Shown: positions 51,801-63,609 of the stretch, piece by piece
Layout of the letters: each line of letters starts with the position of its first letter
Position numbering within the stretch: the first letter of the stretch is position 1
Source of the DNA: Azolla caroliniana
Taxonomy: Eukaryota; Plantae; Polypodiophyta
NCBI GenBank assembly: GCA_043228905.1
Contig: JBHGNT010000016.1
Coordinates: 4,464,001 to 4,528,000, forward strand
DNA length: 64,000 bases
Direction of reading: 5' to 3'
The notes under the pieces: model-generated
What the model was told of the DNA's origin: nothing
Seen by the model: the letters and a program-made list of their open reading frames with translations, nothing else
The model's database searches: none
Program-made: the position numbers and the translations under genes

Positions 51801-54800
51801 CACATGGCGCTAGTCACTTATTATGGCACCCACGCCTCAGAATATTCAGGATTCGTTTTTGGCACAAAACCCTAGGAGTAAGATACTAAAACCGTTTCCA
51901 AAATGCAGCACATGCACAGAAGCTCATTATCCCTCCCAACCTCCATCGCTCTCAAGCTCTAAACCTCCTTCTCGCTCTCATCGCCCTAAACGCTCTTGCT
52001 CTCAAGTCCTCTTTCACCCCCACAGCCCCTCCGCAGCACCTCGCCTGTCATCTGTTCCTTCTCTATCTCGCCCTCGCCTCATCACTCTGCCTCATTCTTC
52101 CACGCAGGCACACTCCATCATGCCTCTCACTGCTTCATCAGAAACCCGCGCCTGGCTTCAGGAACAAGGAATGGGAGGTTACCTGAAGATCATCGATGCC
52201 CCCGCGCACTCGGACGCCCAAGCAGTGGCTAGACGTACTCGAAGCCATCACCAACAACGTGCTTCGGGCTGCTTTGGACCTGCAACGGGGAGGCGACCAT
52301 GATGTCGACATACCCCCAACAACGAAGCTGAAAGAGTACTTCGGTGAGTACTCTGCCTCAGGGAAGGCATATCGCACGTATGGCGGCCCCAACAGAGCTT
52401 TCGGGGAGATTGCTCGGATATTGATGGAGTATGCGTTCGTGCATACGAACCCGACGAGCATGCCACAGAACAAGGCCGCCATCATCATTAGCGCCTGTGA
52501 AGGGAATAGAATCGACTGGGGAATCATCACAGGCGAAGGACTCTGCGCCGCCTTAACCTCATTCCAGTCAGGTAAGAAGATGTTGTCTGTTCTTACCCAC
52601 TTTTTGACGGTTCTATACCCGCCCCGCCCTCTTCTCTTCCTTCCCCTCGGGCACTCACGTCCCCACCACCACCACGAAGGAAGAAGGAGAAATTGGTTGC
52701 CCTCAGCCACGAAGCATGGGAAAAGCCAACACCGCCTTCACCTCCTGCCACCGACCAAAACCTCGCATCGGCATCACCATCCACCCAACCCCAACAAAAA
52801 AGGGAAGTTCCCGATACCTGCCAAGAATGGGAGGAGGAGACAGGCACTGAGGATAACACGGCCGACGATGTCACCATTCGACAGCCAACGCTGCGTCCCT
52901 CGGTAACTCTCCCAAAGCCAAGCCCACGCCCCAACACTCAGCAGGCAGCACCACCACGGCCCCTGAAAAGGAAGCAGGCGGAGGAAACGACACCACTGGC
53001 CCCGGAAGCCCAAACGCAGCCTTGCAAGAAAGGACGACTCAACCGCGAGCCCTCGATAGAACAAAAAGGGCCACAACAGGAGCAAGCTTTAGTTGTCAGC
53101 TAGAGCAACCTGGCCATCGTCCTTGTGGAGGCATCACTTAACCATGGAAAGATCGAGCATGGGCAGACAACACAGATCTCGGAGGATGAAGTCCTCGATT
53201 ATAAAGACCTCCCTGCGGAGGCATACGAGTTTAGTGCGTTGTTCCGCCTCGGCACAACATTCGAGCTGGTCGACTTCCTCGCCAGAGCACAAGTCGCGGC
53301 AGCCGCTAGAATGGCAGAAGAGCATGCTGAAACAAAAATGATTCAACGTGCGCTATTAGGTGAAATTGAGCCCAAGGACGACAGGGCTCTACAAAAAATA
53401 GGGAGGAAGAAGCAGGCAAAACACGTCGCTCTCCTCATGGAGGTCCCCGAGCTGAACACGACCCTAATCGAGGCATATAGGGACCTGGATCGCGCTATGC
53501 GGGCAGCCAAAGACATGGCCCGAAAGATCAAAACAGCCCAACTACAGGCCAAGGTGGCTACGGAGTTATGGCACGCTGCGGAACGGAAACTAGCAGCCTG
53601 GGAGCCAAAACCGGCCAGAACAACAACTCTTGCGCCTTCCGGCCCCGACTACCGAGGCACTCCCAGCCCCCTCCCCGAAATATAGCAACCAAGCCCCTCC
53701 CAGCATAACGGTGATAGATGGAAGCACCGTCACGGATTCAATCCTGACAATCCAGGCCAGCACACTGACGGACTCGTTACAAATGGTCGATGCCTTCACA
53801 ACAACCTAGTCGGTCACGCCCATGGAGAAGACAGAGACACCACCTCGTCCAACCAAGGAGGTGGTAACCCAGACAGAACCCCCGCTCCGGGATTACCGAG
53901 CAGAGCTTAAAGAAGAACAACGGCGGACCGAGCGACACGAACAACGGCATCAAGACGCCATGGCTCGCTTAAAAGAAGAAGCCTCCAAATGGATGGCCGA
54001 GCTGAAAGCCCAGGCCGAGCAAAGGTTACAAGAGCAAGCCGCAGTCAAAGAAGCAGAACTCAAACGCAAGCTGGAGGAATACGCGGCCACCGTGGCAGAG
54101 AAAGAGAAGGAGGTCCTAGACCTACAGGCCGTGCTCGACTATGCAAAAGAATGGAACCGCCGGGAGGAGGAAAGAAATCGCCAACGGGAGGAGAAAATGG
54201 TCGCGGAGAATACCGAGCTGCAGAGTCAACGTTTGTCCTTTAAAGAAATGGCTGACAAGTTTTTCATAAAATGCAAGCTACTTTCGGAGCAAAAAGACGA
54301 ACTATCAGACTCCTACCTCGCCCTACAAGAAGAGAGAATCGTCGAACGGGAACAAGTCCGGGCCGAGTGTAAAAAAGAATGGGAGGGAGCTACCGAAGAG
54401 CTCACCAAGCATTACGAGCAGTCTATCCAGCTCGTAACCGCGGAAGCAAAGAACACTCAAGCCACTTATGAACTCCTCGCAACAAAGCTTCAGGCCGAGG
54501 TCAACTGATTAAAAGAAGAGTTGGTAGCCGTCCGGGCACAGCCCGGCATGGATGAGACACGCATCAGGATATTGATCGAGAAACAGCTCCAGCACCTCAC
54601 CAAAAAGGTGGAGGAAACATTAAGTCGCGCAGGAGAACAATGGGCAGCCCAAGCTGCCGAATTGCATATTTTACGCACTGACACCGAGAACAGACGAAAG
54701 GAGGGCGGCGACTTTTATAAAATGGATGAAGCCAGCATCCAAAACCTCCGTGCAGATTTAACCTAGGATTATCATTCCTTGGTGAAATCTCACACCGCGG

Positions 54801-55778
54801 CAATCGATCAAATGTTGGAGGACTTCAATGACGATCAGATGTTGTTTTGCCTAGAAGCGGAAGCCCTCGAACGTGAATGACTCGCAACCATCCCAATCAG
54901 CCCTCCAACGGCCACATAACACAAGGAAGAACCTCCCAACGAGGAGATCACGGACGCGACACAAGAGGAACTCGCCCCGGCCAACAGACCTCCCGAGGAC
55001 GCCCACATGGTACCAGACCCGATCGACGTAGAGGTCAGCCCGCTCGAACCCACACCACCACCAGAATCAGCCGCACCGGAGGAGGACTCCCGAGAAGAGA
55101 TAACACCCCCGGCCCCAACTCAACCCCCTGCACCGACGCTAAAACCACCCTGCCACCATCCCGGACCCCGAAAACATCCTCGACATCTTAGAAGAGGAAT
55201 AGAACGAGGATCACGCCTAAAGGGCAATTTTAGTAACTTTGTGATTATTTTGTAAATCGTGGGTCCGACGGACAAGGTCCTGTCCCACGGGCGTGCCAGG
55301 TGTTGTCCAGAGGACAAAAATGTAAATTAGGAAATTAGCGAACGGCGGTAGTGTAACCGAGTATGTAAGAACGCCAACGAACGCCGAGTTCGGGTATCAC
55401 GGGCTCGGCTGCGTATTAGGGAAATGTTATTTAAATGAAGTGCCTCAGAGGAAGAGCAGAAAAAATAGGCGGAAGCACTAGCATAGTCCATCGTAACTAG
55501 ATAATCCTGTAAGGTCACCGGCCGTAGGCCGTGTTCTGTAATCCTTTTGGTGTTGCAATAATATATCTGATTTGTGCCCATCTTGCTCCATGTGTCTGTG
55601 CTTTGGCTCGTACTTATGATTTCAGCGCCGTCCACGCCTATCAAGTTCTCGCTAGTGTTTTATCTCTGATTATTTTCTCCCTCACAACGCCTCTATTTTC
55701 GAGCCTTCACGTACCACGCCCTTGGATACCGATAGCCACAGGTCTATCAAAGGTGTTCACCCAAAGGAACGGGTAACA
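48825..55778 (+). mobile_element. Ty3/gypsy element F, 5'-truncated: knuckle-PR-RT(deleted)-IN(deleted), accessory ORF, 3' LTR 55301-55778
   Basis: CFKCNQPGHYATQC; second PR and RT copy; internal deletions at ~50630 and ~51015; LTR TGTTGT...GTAACA unlike the A or E LTR bodies. Confidence 0.88.
52120..55202 (+). pseudogene. Accessory ~1000-aa ORF of element F (globular N-terminus, Pro-rich linker, coiled coil, acidic tail)
   Basis: ORF fragments 52196, 52693, 53125, 53822 and 54521 are collinear with the A/C/G accessory ORFs; ends PENILDILEEE*. Confidence 0.8.
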
Positions 55779-56659
55779 CAACACACTCGGATGAAAGAAG
55801 AAAACGCCCAATTACAGGAGGAAGCGAAAAAATCAGAAGTGGCGATCACGAGACTCCGGGCCTTATTGGAGAAGAAGAAAGTATGGTTCGATGAGCAGCT
55901 TGTAGGGGAATAGGAGAGAAGGCATCAGCTCGAAATCCGCCTAAACAATGAAATGGGAAAGCTGGAAGAATTACATTTGAAGGAATCACAGCTATGGGCA
56001 GGAATGAGGAGCACTTATGGAAAAGCGGCGGCGGTTAGTAAACAAGAAATCGAAAACCTCAAGAAAACCGTAGAAGAAGCACGCAACCGTTGCCAAGCAA
56101 TAACCGACAACGTGCTCATACTTCTTCACAAGGAACTCGCGCAACTACTAGACGATTTTGATGAAAGTCAAAAGGACATGTTTCACCAGATCGTGCAAGC
56201 TGGCAGCACGCGAACAAACGAGGAATCCATCGCGATACCAATCCCGGATACTGCCGACCAAGAGGAACCTCACCCATGTCAACGGAAATAACCACTACGG
56301 TGGACAACACAGAATGGCAAGCGCAGCCCCCTACGATACCAGAAAGCGAAACCGTCGTCCAAGAGGAACCCCAGCCCCATTCACCGGAGCGTAAGACTAT
56401 GGCGGACACCACGGAGGAAGTTACGGACGAGACAGAACCTCGACCTACCGCAAGCCCGCCGACGCCTGAACCACCCACAATAGCACAAGAGGAGCCCGTT
56501 GAGCCCAGACCGCCCACACAAGAAGCCAGTGACACCAGGGGAAGTCCTACCCAGCAAGTAGTGGAACCACGCAACGACGCACCTACGGACACTATGCCGT
56601 CCCCGGACCTAGACACCGGAGCAGAACCAAACATCAGGGACATTTTGGAGGAAGATTAA
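55779..56659 (+). pseudogene. Accessory ORF of element A, 3' part
   Basis: QHTRMKEENAQL...EPNIRDILEED* is collinear with the element C ORF. Confidence 0.82.
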
Positions 56660-57192
56660 AGGGGTGGGTCCAATGTGCCATGGCACTGTCCCACAGGCGT
56701 GCTAGGTGTTGTCCACCGGAATAGTAACCGATGGGCAAGAGCGCAGAAATATAGAATATAGTATAAACGTAACGCATGTAAACGGTTCACACGGGAAGCG
56801 TCAACGGCTAAAAGACCCTTTGTATATAAAGGGCAGAAATCCTCTGATAGAGGTAGCGTGTAAATTTTGGTGCATAGAACGTATCTTAATAGAGTTTTAT
56901 CTTCTCTAATATCCAATGCAAATCTGTGGTTAATCTACTATGTGTCTGTGATTCTTGGTGGCATAGCGTAAGCATTGTAATCGTAAGAAGCGTAGGCATG
57001 AGTGCGAGTGTTGTGACTAGTGCACTGTCTAGGAAGCTCGGTTGTAGCCGTCTCTCTTATACGCTACTAGGATACGGAGAGTTATCCCATTACGTACTAC
57101 GGTACGACGGTACCATTCGTGGCAACGCAGTCACCTTGAGGTCTAGGTCGAAGGACTGACTGAAGATCGTGTTCCTAATCGGTAACACAAAT

Positions 57193-57770
57193 TTTGCACA
57201 TGCACTGAATGTGGCTCTCTTATCTCTAGAGCCCATCGTCCTGTTTCTGGATATTGGCAGCCTTTGAATTGAACAAATCGGTAAATGAAACAATTGTCCC
57301 TAACGGACAAGCTTAGTCTTCGCAATATTTCACGAATCCGATTTTGTTCTGAGGTGAGGATTCCCGAGGCAATCTAGCCATCCAGAGGAATTATATCTAG
57401 TTGTGTATCTTCCTCCTCATCTTAGACGAACTCGAGAACTTCAGGCTTGTCATCCTTAGGATGCTGCCATTTCTTGTACTTCTTGTGTTTTGATTTTCCT
57501 TTTCGGGCAGTCTTCAGTGGGGTGCTCGCTTGCACGTCCATGAGTTCTCCTTTAATGTACGGGCGCAAGGCAACATTTAAGTTGTTCTTTGTTTCAACAT
57601 CTTTCTTCAAGGCTTTGGGCTGGCATGAATCTGTTACAAAATTTCCTTCATCAATTCGGACCTTGCGAAACCCCCCTGAGCTCTCAACATCAAACAACGC
57701 GTTGTTGTGCCTTTCGGCGCCGGATCATTGCATGAGTCGACTGGGAACCGCTGGGGTTTTGGACTAGGAG
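57193..57770 (-). pseudogene. 5' part of the ParB-methyltransferase pseudogene
   Basis: Removing element A and one TSD joins ...LEIREPHSVHVQNL to KSKMKINPHATVV in frame. The upstream frame continues through two stops into ORF 57422-57697, which contains a Lys-rich NLS-like RKGKSKHKKYKK. Confidence 0.85.
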
Positions 57771-57804
57771 GAGGAAGAATTTGAGACGAGTCTAGTTATT
57801 AGCA

Positions 57805-58015
57805 GATTGCAAGAAAGAGAGATAGGAAACTCGTGAATCCCCATGAGTATAGTGTATTAAGCAATACTTAGATTGAAAGAGAAGGATATAAAAACCTCGT
57901 GAATCCCACAAGTGTAGTTTATTTATTTAATATTTAAAACCCTAATAATAATTTAGAATAGATTGGAAGAGAGAGATATAAAAAACTTGTGAATCCCACA
58001 AGCATAGTTTATTTT
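57805..58015. repeat. Three degenerate ~65-90 bp direct repeats with core (c/t)gtgaatccc
   Basis: Cores at 57833, 57899 and 57989, each preceded by gaaagaga..gata; a related aatcccacaagt lies at ~58648. Confidence 0.7.
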
Positions 58016-58117
58016 ATTAATCATTATTTTTGTACCCTAATGATTTTGTTGGGAGACAGGTCCCTCCGGATGGGAAGGGAGAAGAACAGTGCTGATGAGC
58101 AAACTCAGCCGAGGCCG

Positions 58118-58333
58118 AAACCGGATGAGGAGTACCCGGCTTCAGAGAGCCGGATGGTGCAGACCCGGTGAGAACCGGATGAGGAGTACCCAGCTACGGA
58201 GAGCCGGATGGTGCAGACCCGGTGAGAACCGGATGAGGAGTACCCAGCTACGGAGAGCCGGATGGTGCAGACCCGGTGAGAACCAGATGAGGAGTACCCG
58301 GCTACGGAAAGCCGGATGGTGCAGACCCAGTGA
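58118..58333. repeat. 54-bp minisatellite x4 inside an LTR-like segment
   Basis: Unit gaaccggatgaggagtacccagctacggagagccggatggtgcagacccggtga, head-to-tail with no spacers. Confidence 0.95.
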
Positions 58334-59617
58334 GGAGTGCTCACTAGATGAAGAGACATATTCATAAATATGTTTCTAAGAGTCCATCGTGGCTATATTT
58401 GTAAATAGCCGAAAAGTCATATTAGTATAAATATGACTTAGGGCAAACTTTTAGAGAGTAGTTGTTATTCTTGTTTGCGCAAGATCAGAGTGCGTAACCT
58501 TGTACAGAGAGAGAGAGAGAGGAAGAGGTCGTTGCCTCTGTTGTAGCAAAATACTACCGACAAAGATGGGTACAATAATCCAAAGAAATGATAGCTAACT
58601 CACAAATATATGAGTGAAAGAGAAGAGAGAATAAAACCCGGATGATAAATCCCACAAGTCGAAGTAGTAAGAGTGTTGATTTCACGTTGAATAGTGGAGT
58701 TGGAACTTGGAAGGTAGAAGAGTTGAGCAGCAAACTTGTTTTTCGTTCTCTCATCTTCATTATCTCTCTCTCTCTTTTCCACTCTCTCCTTCCCCCTTTT
58801 TCTGTCTCGTTTTCTTCTTCTTATACATCTCAAAGAAAAGAGTCGTTTTGTTTTGTTTTGTTTTGTTTTCCCTCTTCTTTTTTCTTAACACACTCACACA
58901 CCCAAAAACGTTTACACTGTCCCTTTTCAAAAATAATAAAAGGGTAACAGTTACTACAGAAAGAAACAAAACGTAATAATAATAAATATTATTAAAAAAA
59001 AAAACCGAAACGGTGACCGGACACAGCAACATAAGGGCCCCAAATATTTTTTCAACATGTATAATTAATTGTCAGGTGTCGAGGATGTGGATGGGAGGGA
59101 GAAGGTGCAAATTCCAATCTGGTCTGGTCAAGTGTACGGAAACGTAATCCATTTGTCTGCCTCCTCCTTTATATGTAGACCACTCAATTTGAGTGAATCA
59201 TTGTGATTGCTATGCACCTATTAGTCAAAGAAGGACCTTCTAGTATTGTGGTAGGCTACGCTAGGGCAAGACTTTAGAATATAAAATTCATTTTATATTT
59301 TTCTCAAGGTTCGTCGTGTCCTGTCGTGGAAAAGACTTACAAGTTTGGTGGAGATGTCGATATTAAATGAAGAATGGTGGGTGAATTTGTGAAGATGCTG
59401 AGAAGGATCCCTAACCTTTTTATTTGGACGTCATCAAACTGTACGTAAATATATAAATAATTGTCATGTGGATGAGGGTCCTAATGCAAATGTGTTGTTG
59501 GATGAGAGGAAGAAGCTGTAACCTCCAATCCAATCTGTCTCCTGTATATATATATACTATATGTATACAACTCAATTTGTGTGCATCATTATTGTGATCG
59601 TAATACACTGATTAGTC

Positions 59618-62600
59618 ATGGATAATCTAGGAAATGTGATACGCAATGCTAGCGCTGGGCGGGCATTGAGAGGCTTGAGAATGACTGCTATGGATAGTCA
59701 AGAGATGGGCACGAAGATGGCTGCAAACAATGTTAATAATCAGATGCTCACACCTTTTGTAAGCAAGCATATCCTATTGAAGCTGCCCAAGCCCAAAGAA
59801 GAGCAACCAATTATAATGGCCCCCGTGCAGGCCAACAACTCCTTCACGGCCTGTTTCTGTAGCTCGGAGGAATCGCTCAAGTTTCGTGAAGATGTGGCAT
59901 CTAAAGGATGGACTGCTGCCATATCACTTCACGCTGGGGCAGACCTCCTCAATTGTGGCATCGACTTCAAAGCTAATGCCACTTCCACTTCTACCAACGC
60001 AAAAACCTCTCGTCTTCTAGACAACATCACCCACATCTGCTTCACGCATTGCTTCTATGTGCCCGAAAAGTGTTTCCAGATCCCACTCTCCAAATTGCGT
60101 CTCTGCGAAGACGCTTTGACTGAAGCATGCGAAGTCGATAGCCATTCAGCCGCGGCCAAATTCCTGGACAAATATCACTCCCATGTCTCCACTGGGCTTT
60201 ACCACGTGGGTGGCATACTCTTCCACGACCTTATCATCCAAAGTGAGGAGCAGAGTAGCCTCAAGCAGATGCTAGAAGCAGCTCATAAGGAATTCGGTGG
60301 AAGTCATGAGGCTATTTTCAAACCTCTCGTTTCCTTATTTGGCGTTGAGGTGTCCGGAACATCCAGCACAACGCACAACTCAGCTTCTACAACAGCATCT
60401 TCTTCTAAGGTAATGGAGTACAGTAATGATATGACATATTTATACCAATAATAAGGCCAAGAGTTTGTTGTAAATCTGTTTATTTAATAAGCTTTTCTCA
60501 TCTATTGTCTCCTCTTTGGCACCTACCAAGGTTCGTATAGTTCGAGAAACAATCACTACTGTCGGCCCAATGTCTCATTCCGGGGATCCAGCCTATTTTT
60601 CGCTTAAGTTGAAGGCAGACCCGCTCTCGTGGGCCATTATTGACAAGCAACCTGATCAGGCCAACGATTTGGTGAGCGTTTAGCAAATCATCCATCAGCA
60701 ATTACCAAGTTTCGTGGCAGATCCTACAAAAATCCATAGATTGAGGCAATCAGCAAAATACATGAGCACACGATGGCAAGATGACATCGAGTCCAAACTA
60801 AAGGTACTTTGCTTTGCGTTAGGTTCAATTATATTTCTGATTTCAATGAAGCATTATTCTTTGAGGAATATAGAAGATTTGATACTATCCACATTACCAC
60901 TAACATGTGTTGAGGTTAGGAATAGAAAGTGTAATTAGCATAACAATTTAATATTAGTTTAACCATAAAGTATCATCATGTCTTATTGAATCTAGTTGTT
61001 AAGGGGAACGAAATGTGATACCATAACCCTCGTGGGCCTATATATAATATATATTCTCAACACAAATCAGTGATATGATTGTGTTCAAGCATTGTTTAAT
61101 CCAATTTATGAATGGGAGTTTACTACTAAATAACAATATAGTGCCACAATCATAGTATACATCAAAAACTGTAGAATTGCTTAGCGTCAACTTACACCTA
61201 CTACAGATCCATTCATTTGCTTCCTTGTTTCATTTTCCTTCAAATATAAATTAGACAAGGTTAACAGGTAATGGCAATCCACCATAAATTATCCCAATAA
61301 TGATTATCCTTGTGAACCTCGTCTACATGTATTGCCATATGCCAATTTTTTCTCACCAATTTCCTCAATACCCTTAAGTCTCTTTGAGCTCCTAAACTCT
61401 TCCCTTGCACGATTACATTCTAACTTATTGCTTTTTGTTGGAGCAATTGTTCCCATCTTAATGTCCCCGTAGTTTGTGTGGAAGTCATGTTCATATCTCT
61501 AGTCATGATGTCAGATTGAACGACGATAAAACAGATTTTCCATGAATAAGAGAGAAAACCAGAAACTCACCTAATTGAAGAGAACAAAGATGAAAACGAC
61601 AAAAGGAGACCCACAACACGTGTTGAGTATATGTATGCTAACAATGCATGGTTTGTTGTTGCTATTGCTACTAGTAGTATAGACCACCAATTTAAACTTG
61701 CTATATATCCTTATGAACCTTTGATTGACGGCTTTCCAACGATTGTCTCTGTGCAAACTTTCATCAATAATTGCAAACCCCATCATAAAAAACAACTCTC
61801 TCTCTCTCTACACACACACACACACAATTATATTAATAAACATGTGTGAAAAACACTACAATGGTACATCACTTGACTGTTGTAGCATAGGTTGATAATT
61901 TAATAGGGTGACAAAACTATATGGAATTTGAATATATCACTTATTCATTGAGAATATCTCTTACACTAAGCTACATGACTTGGGCTGATGGCCCATGGGA
62001 GCAATGATGTATTTGCTAGCCCATATAACACTTAGCCTATGCCACACTCACAGTAACTGTATGGAACTAGACACATAGAGATATACAAGCAATCAGACTA
62101 TAATGGGGCTCTCATTTAAATTTAGCTCATGACTTTGATATAGTGAGGGTAATCTTAATACAAAGGGCATTTCTTTAATATTCTCCTTCTTCCTTTAATC
62201 ACATCTTTAAAGGTTACAAGTCACTTGTATAAATGCATGAAGAGTTATGCGAAGTTTCTTGAAGCTTTTAAGAAGTAAATGAAATGTCTTGATGATGCCT
62301 TTTATTCTCAGCTCCACCTTGACCATCCCCTGATTTCCCAGCTCCTTCAAACCAATGCCGACTTCCAACAGGCTGCTACAATGGCTACAACGTCTACATT
62401 GGGGAATCTACATAGCCTCAAAACCAAAATTCCACAGCTCCGAGAAAAAATGTCTCTTCCATAGCTGCTCGAACAACTCCACGAGCTAATTCCGACAGGA
62501 AGTGGCGTAATGCCAGGATCAAGTGTGAGCATTTGCAATCAAGCAGCCAAGCTAATCAAATACTACATTCAAAATTCCAAGCCCTCTCAAAAATGGCATA

Positions 62601-63609
62601 GTAGTGCCGGTGATCTATTTCGGGAATATGGTTTCCACGAGTCCAATGGCAACTTCTTACAGACACTAGATATCTCTCAGCTGGTGAGCCTAGTTTCCGA
62701 CATACGGATAATAATTAACCATGGGGCACACAATCCCTGGCCTCTTGACACGGGTGGACGGCTAAACGCGACCAATCACTTGGCAGCCAAAGACTTAACT
62801 CGTATTTGTCTTCAGAAGTATTCAACCTGCCCTACTGCTACACTTGGCGCTGCTGATAACTACAGTAAGCCCTCAGCATCCCTAACCTACGCATGGGATG
62901 TGGTTGTGGATGGGCCCTTCTTGCCCAATGTACCTCCTACTGCAATAAATGAGCAGGCCAAACGCCTGCTGGATTGCTTGAAGCATCGTGTGGATATCCT
63001 CCCGCATCTCTCCCAAATCAGGGGTGGTGCAGCTAAGAACAGAAGCTCATGGAGTGATGAGGATGAGGATGAGAAGGAGCTGGATGAAGAAGAACATGTT
63101 CAAGTGTCTCCATTGGATCTCATCATCCATCTATTGAGGATCTCAGATGTTCCCACCCATGTAGCAATCTATGGGCTCCTTCTCGAGCAACGTGCTGCAG
63201 TTCCCTTGGTACATGTCTCCACATCGCCACAACACAAGCTCCAGCACCATGCGCAAGCACTAAGCTATGTGGATGTAAAGCTAGCCAGACAGAACAAGCT
63301 CATCCTCACAAGGGACACGCAGCTGCCTCGTGTAGACTTCGCTTCCAATAAGAGGGTTTCAGACTCTCGAGCAGCAAGTGTGGCGAGCAACGCTCTCTGT
63401 TGTAACTTCATCAGTCGATACAATCGTATCAATATGGGTGAATCGCCGGTAGTTGAGGTGGGTTTAGGGTTTGTAAAGCCTGGCCAGGTGCAAGCTGGGT
63501 GTCAGGACGAGCCGCAACCTTGTCTGGCATTCCGTATAAATGGGCGGCTACACGAGAATCCGTGTATGATGGATTTTGTGAAGGCTATAGCTGATGTGAT
63601 TGTCTTGGA
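59618..63609 (+). pseudogene. Second, truncated copy of the MACPF-like/VLIG GTPase gene (exons 59618-60409, 60531-60803, 62312-63609)
   Basis: Segment ~59037-63609 duplicates ~1166-5616. Nonsense codons TAG at 60681 (TGG in copy 1) and 62462 (CAG in copy 1). Ends before the GTPase domain. Confidence 0.92.

Larger units (their letters stand above)
19053..57187 (+). mobile_element. Ty3/gypsy non-chromovirus (Athila/Tat-related) element A, hosting ~29 kb of nested insertions
   Basis: LTRs 19053-19526 and 56707-57187 (TGTTGT...GTAACA); TSD CAAAT (19048-19052, 57188-57192); PBS tggcacgcttggtg at 19531. Confidence 0.95.

Noticed and set aside
58118-58333. CRISPR-like array
   Set aside because: Head-to-tail 54-bp units with no unique spacers, no cas genes, eukaryotic context.
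58047-58680. Solo LTR beginning TGTTGGGA
   Set aside because: LTR-like content, but I could not find a CA end with a matching TSD.
15957-59040. CACTA/Harbinger-type termini (caccg...cggtg or gggcc...ggccc) around the ParB-MTase region
   Set aside because: Only 5-bp matches, no TSD and no transposase in the window.
61260-61800. Nested antisense gene in intron 2 (GGTGAG donor-like site, short ORFs)
   Set aside because: No recognisable protein, and copy 1 has a ~110-bp deletion across it.
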